This document shows, piece after piece, positions 29,918-39,188 of a stretch of DNA of 64,000 bases. This DNA is from a virus. The notes below the pieces were generated by a model that was given only the letters and a program-made list of their open reading frames with translations, did no database searches and was not told where the DNA came from. Position 1 is the first letter of the stretch; every line of letters begins with the position of its first letter. The DNA is taken from positions 67,662 to 131,661 of IMG/VR virus record IMGVR_UViG_3300025133_000037. One strand, given 5' to 3'. The position numbers were made by a program, and so were the translations under genes.

Positions 29918-29987
29918 ATTATAAGCCTCCTAAAGCTAAGGCACCTGTTGTCCCTGTGCCTTCCCGTGGGTGATGAAAAACCTAAGA

Positions 29988-31064
29988 TTAAGAAGTAAGA
30001 TAAATCTGCTTCAAATGCTCTCGGAAATCCTCATCATTCTGCCAGTCCATAACAATCTTCTTACTCTTTTGTCCACCGAGAAGTCCAACCCATGCTTGGG
30101 ATGCAACATCATTTGGAAGCATCATAAAGAAGTCTCTCAAATTCTTACGCTGCGGCTCCTTAGTCTTAGTCAAAGAGCGGTCATTAACCTCTGCTACCAC
30201 TGACCGCGAAAGGGCTGCGATAACCTCAATGTCATTACATGCAGCCTCGACCTTATCCTTGACCTTCCCAAAGTTATCGAGAATATCAGATGGACGAAGT
30301 TGAGAAAACTCGTTTGTAAGAAACTTCTGAAACATAACAGCGATCTCTCGTCCAACCCAACCTTTTGTTACCTGGGTAAGCATACCATCGTCTGTTCGTT
30401 TATCTAGCCCCATTCCCATAAGGGTATCCGAAAAAGCAACCCAACTTCTGCGAGAAGGATAAACCCTTCCTGCTTCAAGGTTTCCAACCGGAGGGTCTAG
30501 CAGGTTTTGATTCCTGTTAATAAACTCAACAACAGCCTCGTGGACTCCGCTTTCTCTGGCCCAATCCATCCACTCCAAAGCAGATGGGTCAAAGTCGATA
30601 TGAAACCACCTATCATGCAGGGCTGGGTCAAGCTCAACTACGTCGTAATCATCATCAGAGTTTACAGCAGAAACAACCCTCCATCCATCAGGAAGCTTTT
30701 CCCCGTCCAATCTTCGGTCCAAACAAATCTCAAAGACTGCCTGAAGAACATCTTTCGATGCACGATTAAGTTCGTCAAAGAACAAGATTCCCTTAGAGTC
30801 TTGTGCCCGAGGCCACCATTCCTGCTTCAAAAAGCGGATAATGTCTCGTTCAACATCCTTCTCTGGAAGTCCCTTAATATCTCCGACCTCACATTGTGAA
30901 AGCCTAACGTCAAAGAACCCATAGGTTTCTCCAGAATCAGCTTCCAACTCTTCTGCCACCTGCCTTACAACAGACGACTTTCCAACCCCATGCTTTGCAT
31001 GAAGCATAACAGATTTATCCCAAGGCATAGTCTTGAGAATTTCCTTAGTTTGATTAATATTCAC
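29988..31064 (-). CDS. MoxR-type AAA+ ATPase
   Basis: HGVGKS, LFFDELNRA, LDPALHDRW, PSRRSW; paired with the VWA gene. Confidence 0.88.
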   Translation of the reverse strand: MNINQTKEILKTMPWDKSVMLHAKHGVGKSSVVRQVAEELEADSGETYGFFDVRLSQCEVGDIKGLPEKDVERDIIRFLKQEWWPRAQDSKGILFFDELNRASKDVLQAVFEICLDRRLDGEKLPDGWRVVSAVNSDDDYDVVELDPALHDRWFHIDFDPSALEWMDWARESGVHEAVVEFINRNQNLLDPPVGNLEAGRVYPSRRSWVAFSDTLMGMGLDKRTDDGMLTQVTKGWVGREIAVMFQKFLTNEFSQLRPSDILDNFGKVKDKVEAACNDIEVIAALSRSVVAEVNDRSLTKTKEPQRKNLRDFFMMLPNDVASQAWVGLLGGQKSKKIVMDWQNDEDFREHLKQIYLTS

Positions 31065-31122
31065 TTTTTTCTCCTTTCAGCAAAAAAACAATAACAATGG
31101 AGAATATCTCCACAAAGGTATA

Positions 31123-31147
31123 TAGCTGGTGTAGAAATAGAAATAGA
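31123..31147 (-). promoter_or_regulatory. 25-bp repeated promoter-like motif, copy 1
   Basis: Plus strand TAGCTGGTGTAGAAATAGAAATAGA; intergenic, upstream of the AAA gene. Confidence 0.7.
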
Positions 31148-31151
31148 TTTT

Positions 31152-31505
31152 CTACTCTTCTGCTATTAGATCAGAGTCGTCAGGGGGCTCTGGAATATCT
31201 GATATAGCCTCCTTTATTCCAACTAATCTGGACCTAAAGTCCTGCAAGGAGCCAACCAACTCTTGCAGAGAAGATGAATCTATTTTATCAGAACCACTTA
31301 ATGCCTCAGCAGTAGGTGTTACAAAGGCAGATAGAGTCTCCTTAAGAGCCCCCATTCCATCTTCGCCTAAAAACCCTCCACCTTCGCTAAGTACACTGTC
31401 AGCAAATCCGGTAGCCTCCTCCAGCTTCTCCTCTATAAGAGAAAGGCGAGCATCTATTGTGGTCAGCCTTCCTAAAACTTCATTTTGAAAATCAATATCT
31501 TCCAT
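31152..31505 (-). CDS. Hypothetical acidic protein
   Basis: GGAGG RBS. Confidence 0.7.
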   Translation of the reverse strand: MEDIDFQNEVLGRLTTIDARLSLIEEKLEEATGFADSVLSEGGGFLGEDGMGALKETLSAFVTPTAEALSGSDKIDSSSLQELVGSLQDFRSRLVGIKEAISDIPEPPDDSDLIAEE

Positions 31506-31513
31506 ATGTCCTC

Positions 31514-32623
31514 CTATTTTCTGGTTCCAAAAGCATGTGACTCCTCCAAAGAAGAGGCAGTTAGTCTCATGAATAACGCATTATCTTTTAACTCATCAAT
31601 ATTATTGGCATTAAGGTATGTCATAGCCGACCTCAATCCTCCGCAAAATTCGTCTATTATATAGTAAGCCTTGCCCTTCAACGGGATATATGTAGACACC
31701 CCTTCGGCACAAGTTCCCGGTCTTAATCCGCCCCTCTTATCGTCCTGCACTTCCTTTGAAGCCATGCCTCGGTAAGCTTTCATGGACTCTCCATTTATAC
31801 TAACAACCTCTCCGGGAGACTCTACTGTTCCTGCAAATATTCTTCCCGCCATTATAGCATCGGCACCTGCCGCTAGACTTTTAACTAAATCTGCTGGATA
31901 CCTAATCCCTCCATCAGCAATAATGGCAGTATCATTATACAGTTTTATATCTTTTCTCTTCACAGCATAAGCATCTGCTACTGATGCTAATGTTGGAACG
32001 CCAACTCCGGTCATAATCCTTGTCTTACAAATAGACCCGCCGCCTATCCCAACCCTTACTGCATCTGCTCCAGATTCAGATAAAAATGCAAAGCCAGAGC
32101 CAGTAGCTACATTGCCTGCTATTACATGCAGGTCGCCATTGGAAATATCCTTAACCCACTTAATCATTTCTCTCATATAATTAGAGTGTCCATTGGCAAC
32201 ATCAATTGCAACAGATGTAAGGTGCAAGCCATATTCTTTATGCAACTTAAAAAACCTATCTCTTTCATCATCACCAACTCCAATGGCGGCGACTACTGGC
32301 GCAGGCCCAGCCCCCGTTGGTGCATTTTGATTATACTCAATAATGCTTTTGATATGACCCATCTGTTCCTCTATGGGCATAAACCTATGTACGATTCCCA
32401 TTGCCCCATGAGATCCAATGGAAATCGCCATTGTAGAATCAGTTACAGTATCCATAGGAGAGGACACAATCGGAGTTTGTATATATAAGTTTGAGCCCAA
32501 CGAAGTTTGAGTACAAGGCTTTAGCCTTGATCTAACCTCCGTATATCTTGGCACAAGTAAGACATCATCAAATGATGGAGGCTTCCCGGATTCAATAAGC
32601 TCTGACGCAGTATAGTATTTCAC
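31514..32623 (-). CDS. guaB: IMP dehydrogenase / GMP reductase family (no CBS domains)
   Basis: [30 protein letters not shown] catalytic Cys loop, IIADGGI, YRGMAS, AEGV. Confidence 0.85.
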   Translation of the reverse strand: MKYYTASELIESGKPPSFDDVLLVPRYTEVRSRLKPCTQTSLGSNLYIQTPIVSSPMDTVTDSTMAISIGSHGAMGIVHRFMPIEEQMGHIKSIIEYNQNAPTGAGPAPVVAAIGVGDDERDRFFKLHKEYGLHLTSVAIDVANGHSNYMREMIKWVKDISNGDLHVIAGNVATGSGFAFLSESGADAVRVGIGGGSICKTRIMTGVGVPTLASVADAYAVKRKDIKLYNDTAIIADGGIRYPADLVKSLAAGADAIMAGRIFAGTVESPGEVVSINGESMKAYRGMASKEVQDDKRGGLRPGTCAEGVSTYIPLKGKAYYIIDEFCGGLRSAMTYLNANNIDELKDNALFMRLTASSLEESHAFGTRK

Positions 32624-33243
32624 TTATGCCTCCCGTAATAAGCCTCAAATTCAACAGCAAAAGCCTCACCATTTGAGCTATAATGATTTGCAACACAGAC
32701 TCTATCCCACCAGTAATGAGCTAATTCATGTGATAACGAATTATCATTTTGACTGCGACCAAAATTTGATAAGATTATTGCAGAATCAGCATAATCATTT
32801 GGGGTTGTATCATAAAAGGCATACAAAAGACTTGGCCTTAGATTATTGGCGCGAAAAAAGGGCGCAAACCTTTCTTGTTTTAACATTTCATTCGGACTAA
32901 TGATAAAGATATTTAAGTTATAATTAGTTCTACAGTCCGAAGTCGGAATTCTCTTCTCTCTCAAGAAGCTTGTCATAACCGACCATACATTTACCATTGT
33001 ATTTTGCAGATACTCTACGCTATACGCGCCAATAAGCTCTGAATTAGGGCTTGAGCCATTTGATTGATAGGAAATTGAATATGTCATTCTCTTTCCGTCC
33101 AACTCAAGGACTCCTGCATTATATTCTACAGTCCTTATATCACTTATTAGGTCTGGCTTTAATGCTTCGGCAAAGCTTACCGAAGATAAAAGCAACAAAC
33201 AAGCTGCTATACTAGCGGTTATCTTCCCTGTCTTTGTATTCAT
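32620..33243 (-). CDS. Signal-peptide-bearing HExxH zincin-like protein
   Basis: Signal peptide ending SFA-EA; SHELAHYWW...EAFA. Confidence 0.6.
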   Translation of the reverse strand: MNTKTGKITASIAACLLLLSSVSFAEALKPDLISDIRTVEYNAGVLELDGKRMTYSISYQSNGSSPNSELIGAYSVEYLQNTMVNVWSVMTSFLREKRIPTSDCRTNYNLNIFIISPNEMLKQERFAPFFRANNLRPSLLYAFYDTTPNDYADSAIILSNFGRSQNDNSLSHELAHYWWDRVCVANHYSSNGEAFAVEFEAYYGRHK

Positions 33244-33403
33244 ATCTCGCTCCCCTAGAGCGACCTAATACCTCAATCTTAAGATTGGGATTAAGCCGTA
33301 ACATTTCTACATGCTCTAAGGGAACTCTATGATGAACATAAACAGCTTTAGTATCGGCGTTAGTAACTTTAATCTTCAAAAAAATATTCTTAATAGCTTC
33401 CAT
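33212..33403 (-). CDS. Hypothetical protein
   Basis: GGAG RBS, short ORF. Confidence 0.6.
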   Translation of the reverse strand: MEAIKNIFLKIKVTNADTKAVYVHHRVPLEHVEMLRLNPNLKIEVLGRSRGARYEYKDREDNR

Positions 33404-33437
33404 ATTATCTCCAAACCATACTAATTTTTTCTACCAA

Positions 33438-34358
33438 TCAGTCGTCAATCATCTGCTGCAATCTCTTTGAAAGATAATAATGCTTAGATGCTGACGGCAT
33501 TAACCATGGAAGATTCTCCTTAGACAAACAATCTAGCAGATTGGACACAACCTCTCTGTCGGTGCAATCTACAAACAACATAATCTTTGCCTCGATTCCG
33601 TCAACCACTTTTTCAATATGATCAATCAATACCTGATTCTCCGCAGCTCCATTCCGAAGCTTCCTCTCAAGCTTTTCAAGCCTGTATCTCTCATTTCTAA
33701 TCTTGCCCGAAAGCTCATCTGTAATCTTTCTTTTGATTCTTTTGGGCGAAGACTTCGCAATCTTCTTAATCAAAGAGTCTGAAAGAGCGTCATTTTGAGA
33801 GGCCGCTGTTAAGATGCTTAACTTTGAATCAACAGACCCCGGCTCCCTCTTGACCTTTGACCATAGATAGTCATAAAAAGATGGGTCAAGAGAGCTGTTC
33901 ATACCAGCTCTTTCCCACATATGAAACATATCACTCTTAGATTCGTCTAGAGAATACTTGCAAAGCTCTGCAAGATAATCGAATGATTTATCAACAAAAG
34001 GAAGAAGCCTTACTCTAAGGGCGTTATCTTCTTTGTCCTCATTCACATCAATCAATGAGTAAAGATTATTGATAAATGATGTGCAAAACTCATGAGACAA
34101 AGACTTTATCCTTGAATTATTATCATTTGCCACTGTGATTGCAACATTTAAAAGATCCTCTCTATTCTCTTGGAATGAACTCCAAATGTAAGGGAATGTT
34201 TCTTCAGAAACAATCTTCTCAGCCTCCTTGCTTCTCCAATAGCTGCCCAAATCGCCAACAGCATGTGGTATTGCATATGCCAAAAGATCTTTCATAAAAT
34301 CATTTGAAACTTCAAAGTCATCAAGAAATTCAACTTTATCAAAAACTTTATTACTCAT
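33438..34358 (-). CDS. Alpha-helical (HEAT-like) paralog family protein
   Basis: C-terminal LLDCLSKENLPWLM..LSKRL, shared with three other ORFs. Confidence 0.7.
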   Translation of the reverse strand: MSNKVFDKVEFLDDFEVSNDFMKDLLAYAIPHAVGDLGSYWRSKEAEKIVSEETFPYIWSSFQENREDLLNVAITVANDNNSRIKSLSHEFCTSFINNLYSLIDVNEDKEDNALRVRLLPFVDKSFDYLAELCKYSLDESKSDMFHMWERAGMNSSLDPSFYDYLWSKVKREPGSVDSKLSILTAASQNDALSDSLIKKIAKSSPKRIKRKITDELSGKIRNERYRLEKLERKLRNGAAENQVLIDHIEKVVDGIEAKIMLFVDCTDREVVSNLLDCLSKENLPWLMPSASKHYYLSKRLQQMIDD

Positions 34359-34369
34359 AATATTATCCT

Positions 34370-35101
34370 TTAACTTTTACTAAGTCTTTTTTCAATCTTT
34401 CTAGCTATCCAATTATTTTTAACATTTCTATTCGCGAGCAACATAGGCAGATAGTCAGATGGAATTTTGTCTACAAGCTGAGAAAATGGATAACGAGCAA
34501 TCTCTTTAGTCAAGTTCTTTAGCTTATCGTAGAAATATGGCGAATGACTAATTCCCTGCGCTCTAATATCAGCAATCTTATCCTCAAGCATTTCGTCCAA
34601 ACACTCAACCGCACCGAGCCTCTCAAAATATATCTTTCGAATTTTAGAGTTCTTATGACCCTTTAGCTTTCTTAAGGTTTTTATATCACAACTTTTTGTC
34701 GCCATAACCTGAGTCTGTCCAGAGCTGGTCAGTGCGACTTTATTGAGGATAGATATATCCTTATACAAGCCTAATTCTAATACAGCAACCTTTACCTGCT
34801 CAACCTCTGATTTACGAAGCAATGCTTCCCCCAAATCAGGGTACATTGGCAACACTTCTGACAGAACCCTCTTAGCTACCCAGCTTCCACGGCTCCATCT
34901 TCCGCTAGAAGATTCTCTAAAGAATGAGTTGTTAAACAAATTTGTTTTTGTACAAATTTTCTCAAAATCATCTTCATTCATTCTTTTGGACAACTCAATA
35001 ACTCGCTCATCAAACTCGTTCCATCCCTGCTTCTCTAGGGCGGCGAATTCATCCATTAAAAGTTGTAGGCTATCATTATTACTCTTCGGCATTATTATCA
35101 A
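34370..35101 (-). CDS. Alpha-helical (HEAT-like) paralog family protein
   Basis: HKNSKIRK, LEDKIADIRA, LVDKIPSDYLPMLL..IEKRL. Confidence 0.7.
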   Translation of the reverse strand: MIIMPKSNNDSLQLLMDEFAALEKQGWNEFDERVIELSKRMNEDDFEKICTKTNLFNNSFFRESSSGRWSRGSWVAKRVLSEVLPMYPDLGEALLRKSEVEQVKVAVLELGLYKDISILNKVALTSSGQTQVMATKSCDIKTLRKLKGHKNSKIRKIYFERLGAVECLDEMLEDKIADIRAQGISHSPYFYDKLKNLTKEIARYPFSQLVDKIPSDYLPMLLANRNVKNNWIARKIEKRLSKS

Positions 35102-35927
35102 CCCCTGTGTTTAGTTCAACTAATCTAGCGACTTTAAATCCAGATGCAGCCTTGTGTCCACCGCCGCCGAACTTAGAGGCTATTTCTGATACGTCTTTTC
35201 CGCTTTCTCTTGACCTCAAAGAGAACTTATATCCAGTTCCATCGAAGTAATAAGCCGCAGCATATGGAGCACTCTTTGCTAACTCAGCAGCAATCTCTGA
35301 CTGGAAGAATGGAATATTAATAGCTGGAATTTTTTCTCCAAGGATAGTTAGGAAATGAACATTTTGCAACAAAGACTTTATCAAGTTATTCTTATATTGC
35401 AGGATACCCTCCCCCATGCTCCTAACTTTATTCCACTTCAAAGAATCTAGTTTATCCAGATAATCATTTAACATATCCCAAACTTCAAAGGTTTTATCGA
35501 AAGCATCAACAGCAGACAATATCTGCTCTGTACTTTGCAGTTCCCACTTCCATAAATCTCTATCTTCAACGTACTGTATCAGAAGTGGGACTTCATCATC
35601 CCCAAACAAATGTTGCCAAGCTAAGTACGCTCCAGAGTGGTTCATATCAAAATGACAAAAATCTAAATCATCACACTGTTCTTGCGCCGACTTATGATGA
35701 TCTAATACCACAAGCTTATTCGACTCTCGTTCTAACCTCTTCATTATAACCCTGTCATAACAAAAGTCAACAATAAATACATTACTGCCTTTAACGTCGG
35801 GAGGTTCCTCCCCATGAGTAACGGGAATATATTTTGCTGTAGAGCCATACTTCCTATAGAAAGACCATGCTGCACCGAATCCATCTGGACAGTTTGCATG
35901 ATACAAAACCAATACATTATCTAACAC
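35079..35927 (-). CDS. DHH/DHHA1 phosphoesterase (nanoRNase B-like)
   Basis: YHANCPDGF, VDF, LDHHKSA, EDRDLW, SLRS, GGGGHKAASG. Confidence 0.88.
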   Translation of the reverse strand: MLDNVLVLYHANCPDGFGAAWSFYRKYGSTAKYIPVTHGEEPPDVKGSNVFIVDFCYDRVIMKRLERESNKLVVLDHHKSAQEQCDDLDFCHFDMNHSGAYLAWQHLFGDDEVPLLIQYVEDRDLWKWELQSTEQILSAVDAFDKTFEVWDMLNDYLDKLDSLKWNKVRSMGEGILQYKNNLIKSLLQNVHFLTILGEKIPAINIPFFQSEIAAELAKSAPYAAAYYFDGTGYKFSLRSRESGKDVSEIASKFGGGGHKAASGFKVARLVELNTGVDNNAEE

Positions 35928-35929
35928 TT

Positions 35930-36952
35930 TTAAATCTCCTTGGGAGAGTAAGAGAACTTTATAGACTCCAGAAGAGGAGCCTTCTCTCTTACCTTGCTAT
36001 TGATAAAATCAATCATTTCTTTCAAAGATGAAAAAGATTCTAGGCTATTATTAAAATAGATTTTGAATTGGCCTAGTTTATCAATAATATCACACTTGCT
36101 AATTACAAGATGCGTTGTTCCAGTTATATTTATAGCTCTAATTAAAAGATTTAAATTAAGCCAATTAACCTTTCTTCTACGACCAGTTGTAACTCCAAAC
36201 TCTTCCCCTAAGTCTGCAAGCCTTCTGAGGGTCGGATTGCTCAATAACTCTGGCGGAAACCTTGGATCTTCACCACTCTTTGTATCATAAATCTTTGCGG
36301 CTCCCCATACTTTCTCTATCTTTTGAGGAGGGAAGCCAATGCTGCAAGCTCCATAGGGAAGCGTAATACTTGATGTTACATACGGATAAAGGCCATGATC
36401 AATATCTAACCAAACGCCTTGCGCTCCTTCACACAAAATATTCCCCTCTAACTTACCGTCCCAAATGTAATTATCATCCAAAACTTCCGATGCCAACACC
36501 CCAACTCTCGCTGCTTTATCAGCATAACACGGTGCTATTCCACGACCTGTTGTACCCAGCCTTTTCGCCAAATGCTTTTTATCAAAAGCAATCTGCTTCT
36601 CTGTTACGATATGACAATTTGGAGCAACCTTAACCAGCGAGGTATCGAATCCGTTTTCAGCTAAGTAGTCCAATTCTTTATAAAAAGATTCTGGATGCAA
36701 AATACATCCAGGACCAATAAGGGATTTGACTCCATAAAAAACTCCCGAGGGAATAAGGTGCGTCTTGTGCTTATTGTCATTTACATATACTGTATGTCCG
36801 GCGTTATTGCCACCTGCCCATCGCGCCACCATATCATAGTATGACTCGCCATTAGAGCATACTGTAGATGCCAGTTGGCTTGTAATCTTACCCTTTGCTT
36901 CATCGCCCCAAGCCAAGCCCACTACAACGTCTGCTTTATCAATCATCTGCAC
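35930..36952 (-). CDS. purA: Adenylosuccinate synthetase (short form)
   Basis: GLAWGDEAKGK, GGNNAGHT, EGAQG..LDIDHG.YPYVTSS, EFGVTTGRRR. Confidence 0.92.
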   Translation of the reverse strand: MQMIDKADVVVGLAWGDEAKGKITSQLASTVCSNGESYYDMVARWAGGNNAGHTVYVNDNKHKTHLIPSGVFYGVKSLIGPGCILHPESFYKELDYLAENGFDTSLVKVAPNCHIVTEKQIAFDKKHLAKRLGTTGRGIAPCYADKAARVGVLASEVLDDNYIWDGKLEGNILCEGAQGVWLDIDHGLYPYVTSSITLPYGACSIGFPPQKIEKVWGAAKIYDTKSGEDPRFPPELLSNPTLRRLADLGEEFGVTTGRRRKVNWLNLNLLIRAINITGTTHLVISKCDIIDKLGQFKIYFNNSLESFSSLKEMIDFINSKVREKAPLLESIKFSYSPKEI

Positions 36953-37517
36953 TCTCTTCCTTGTGGTCTATACAGTTTAGATTTAAACTTATAACCTTTT
37001 TAATTTTACTGGGGCGACGAAGAAAAGTAATACCTTCTTTGTGACCAGATACAGTTGCTGTAAATGTTATCGAATCACCCTGTTTAAAGTCATAAGCCTT
37101 AGAGGTTTTGAAGTACCACGACCACCCTCTTTCATCAACACTTATTAGTGCTGGCATAGGATACTCCGCTGTTTCTTTTGGATCTACAACTCTGGCTATA
37201 ACAAATGGGCCAAAGTCATTCCTTTCACCCTCATCTACATCGGGTGGGTCTAGCATAACCTTTTTAACAAGATCGTCAACCCAACGGTTTAATGAATTAA
37301 TCCACTTTTCCGACAACTTATGTGGTCGCTCTGTAATGACAGATACGCTGGACTTTAAGAATTCATTATTCGGGCTTTCTTTAAGCTGAACTGCGAGCAT
37401 AGGAATGACCATAGGATTAAGCAGGTTAAGCCTTTCCTTGCCCAAACTCTCAATGCGTTCTGCACTTAGTTTAGTTTTTCTTTTTCTTCTCTTATTGTCT
37501 GATAGAATCTTTATCAA
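36939..37517 (-). CDS. Hypothetical protein with a probable C-terminal OB-fold
   Basis: GDSITFTATVSGH..TFLRRP pattern. Confidence 0.55.
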   Translation of the reverse strand: MIKILSDNKRRKRKTKLSAERIESLGKERLNLLNPMVIPMLAVQLKESPNNEFLKSSVSVITERPHKLSEKWINSLNRWVDDLVKKVMLDPPDVDEGERNDFGPFVIARVVDPKETAEYPMPALISVDERGWSWYFKTSKAYDFKQGDSITFTATVSGHKEGITFLRRPSKIKKVISLNLNCIDHKEESADD

Positions 37518-37524
37518 AACAAAA

Positions 37525-37575
37525 ACTCCTATACCTGTCCGGTATAGGAGTAGATGATGCAGAAACGAAACAATA
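37525..37575 (-). promoter_or_regulatory. Degenerate copy of the 25-bp motif followed by an RBS-containing hairpin
   Basis: TAGATGATGCAGAAACGAAACAATA (37551-37575); ACTCCTATACC/GGTATAGGAGT inverted repeat (37525-37551). Confidence 0.55.
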
Positions 37576-37589
37576 AATTATTTATTCAA

Positions 37590-39161
37590 TTATTCTTGAG
37601 CCTCTTCTCCGGGGCCCATTGCCTGTAATCTTTCACGATTTCTTCGGACTCTGCCTCTTCCTCTTCTTCTTCTGGCTTCTGGTCTGAAGATATTTCTTCT
37701 TCCAGTCTCCTGTTGTCTAGTCCCAATTATCATTCTCTTTAAAGCCTTTCTTCTGTCCCGAGTCATGCCTGGAGCCTGACGTATAGTTCTCATTAATATT
37801 CTTTGTTCCCTTGGGCTTAAGAAATCATCTCCTCTAGCCCTATCGTCTCGGGTTCTATTTGCCAAAGGCAAAAGCTCCATAGCTCCGCCCTCTCCGGCCA
37901 CTTGATAGAATAATTCTCCATCACTCTTTCTCATATAAACAGAAGTTCCATCGCCATGATAATAATCATTTAAATTGGCCTCTTCTCCAGTTCCTTCAGT
38001 TTCGCCAGTTTCGCCTTCAGCACCGTCATTCTTAGCCCAATGATCAACTTGCATAGCTAAGTCTGGGTTACTCTCCTTATCGGAGTTAAAGGCCTCAAGC
38101 ACTTGGGGCTTTCCTCTGGACATAAGAGTTGTGGCTATAGCTTCTGTGGCTGGACCTGGATCTCCAAACTTTCCTACCAAAGCATCTCTTGCTGGCAATG
38201 TGAGTCTTTCTCCAGAATACTTCAGATAATTAGTCAAATCCTCGTCACTTACCTCTGTAGAGTCAGCTTGATCGCCGCCCGCTCCAGCTTCTCCGCCGGA
38301 CTTATAAGCCTTGTATTGCTCACCCAAAGCAGCCCAGGCTCTCTTCATATAAGAGTTATTCCACTTACCTGTTCTGTCTAAGTCAAGTTGTCTTGCCTTA
38401 ACCTCATGGTTATCATTAACCCATTTTCTAAATTCATTTCCAGAAGCAGCATCTGTTATTAGACCGCCGGATATATCGGCCATTGACTCCGCAGCACTTC
38501 CGCCTCCAGAACGTCGTCTTCTCGCCGGAGTTGGGCCTGGAGCCCGCGACTTGTTCGCCGCAGCTTTAGCGGCCATCACTCTGTTCATTGCATTCCACGC
38601 GATTGGAACATACTTAAAATTATCAACCACGCCACTGGAAAAGCCATCAGCCCAATGAGGTGACTCCTCTATACCTGTGAAGTCCTTAAGCGCAGGGTCA
38701 GCCTTAATTACCTGAATAATAGAGCCAGTATCAATAGAGGTTCCCTTTAACGACATCATTCCTGCTGCAAAGCCTGTAAGCTTACTCATTACTCCCGCAT
38801 CATGAGAAAATGGGATCGGATTATTATCACTGTAAATGTCTTTGCTAGTCATAAATTCAATTATTTTTTGATAGCCCAAATCACCATGCAGGGTTCTGGC
38901 CTCTTCCTCCTCGATACCAAGCTGCTTGAAAGCCGGGAGAGCCTGTTGTATTAACTGCTCTAAAGCGGGATTAGGCGCTGCAGGAGTAGCAGGTGTCTCT
39001 GGAGTTTCGGGCGTCTCACCCCCACCAGTTAGTGCGTTACCAGCCATCATGACCGCGCCGATGGGACTCGCCATCTTAATAATTACATTTGATTGCTCAT
39101 CATACCCATATGCTTTAAGGGCCTTTGCTAGCTTAGTTAATTCTCTTTGTTCTGTATTCAT
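37590..39161 (-). CDS. Modular tagged protein (helix tag, GNEFR domain, conserved C-terminal domain); putative virion/ejected protein
   Basis: MNTEQRELTKLAKALKAYGYDEQSNVIIKMA; C-terminal half homologous to 39189..41300. Confidence 0.75.
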   Translation of the reverse strand: MNTEQRELTKLAKALKAYGYDEQSNVIIKMASPIGAVMMAGNALTGGGETPETPETPATPAAPNPALEQLIQQALPAFKQLGIEEEEARTLHGDLGYQKIIEFMTSKDIYSDNNPIPFSHDAGVMSKLTGFAAGMMSLKGTSIDTGSIIQVIKADPALKDFTGIEESPHWADGFSSGVVDNFKYVPIAWNAMNRVMAAKAAANKSRAPGPTPARRRRSGGGSAAESMADISGGLITDAASGNEFRKWVNDNHEVKARQLDLDRTGKWNNSYMKRAWAALGEQYKAYKSGGEAGAGGDQADSTEVSDEDLTNYLKYSGERLTLPARDALVGKFGDPGPATEAIATTLMSRGKPQVLEAFNSDKESNPDLAMQVDHWAKNDGAEGETGETEGTGEEANLNDYYHGDGTSVYMRKSDGELFYQVAGEGGAMELLPLANRTRDDRARGDDFLSPREQRILMRTIRQAPGMTRDRRKALKRMIIGTRQQETGRRNIFRPEARRRRGRGRVRRNRERLQAMGPGEEAQE

Positions 39162-39188
39162 TTTAAATTCCTTTTAATTAAATCACTA

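Noticed and set aside
35930-36952. PurZ (2-aminoadenine, Z-genome) instead of PurA
   Set aside because: The catalytic Asp is retained (WGDEAKGK); PurZ has Ser here (GSTGKG-like), and no datZ or mazZ is adjacent.
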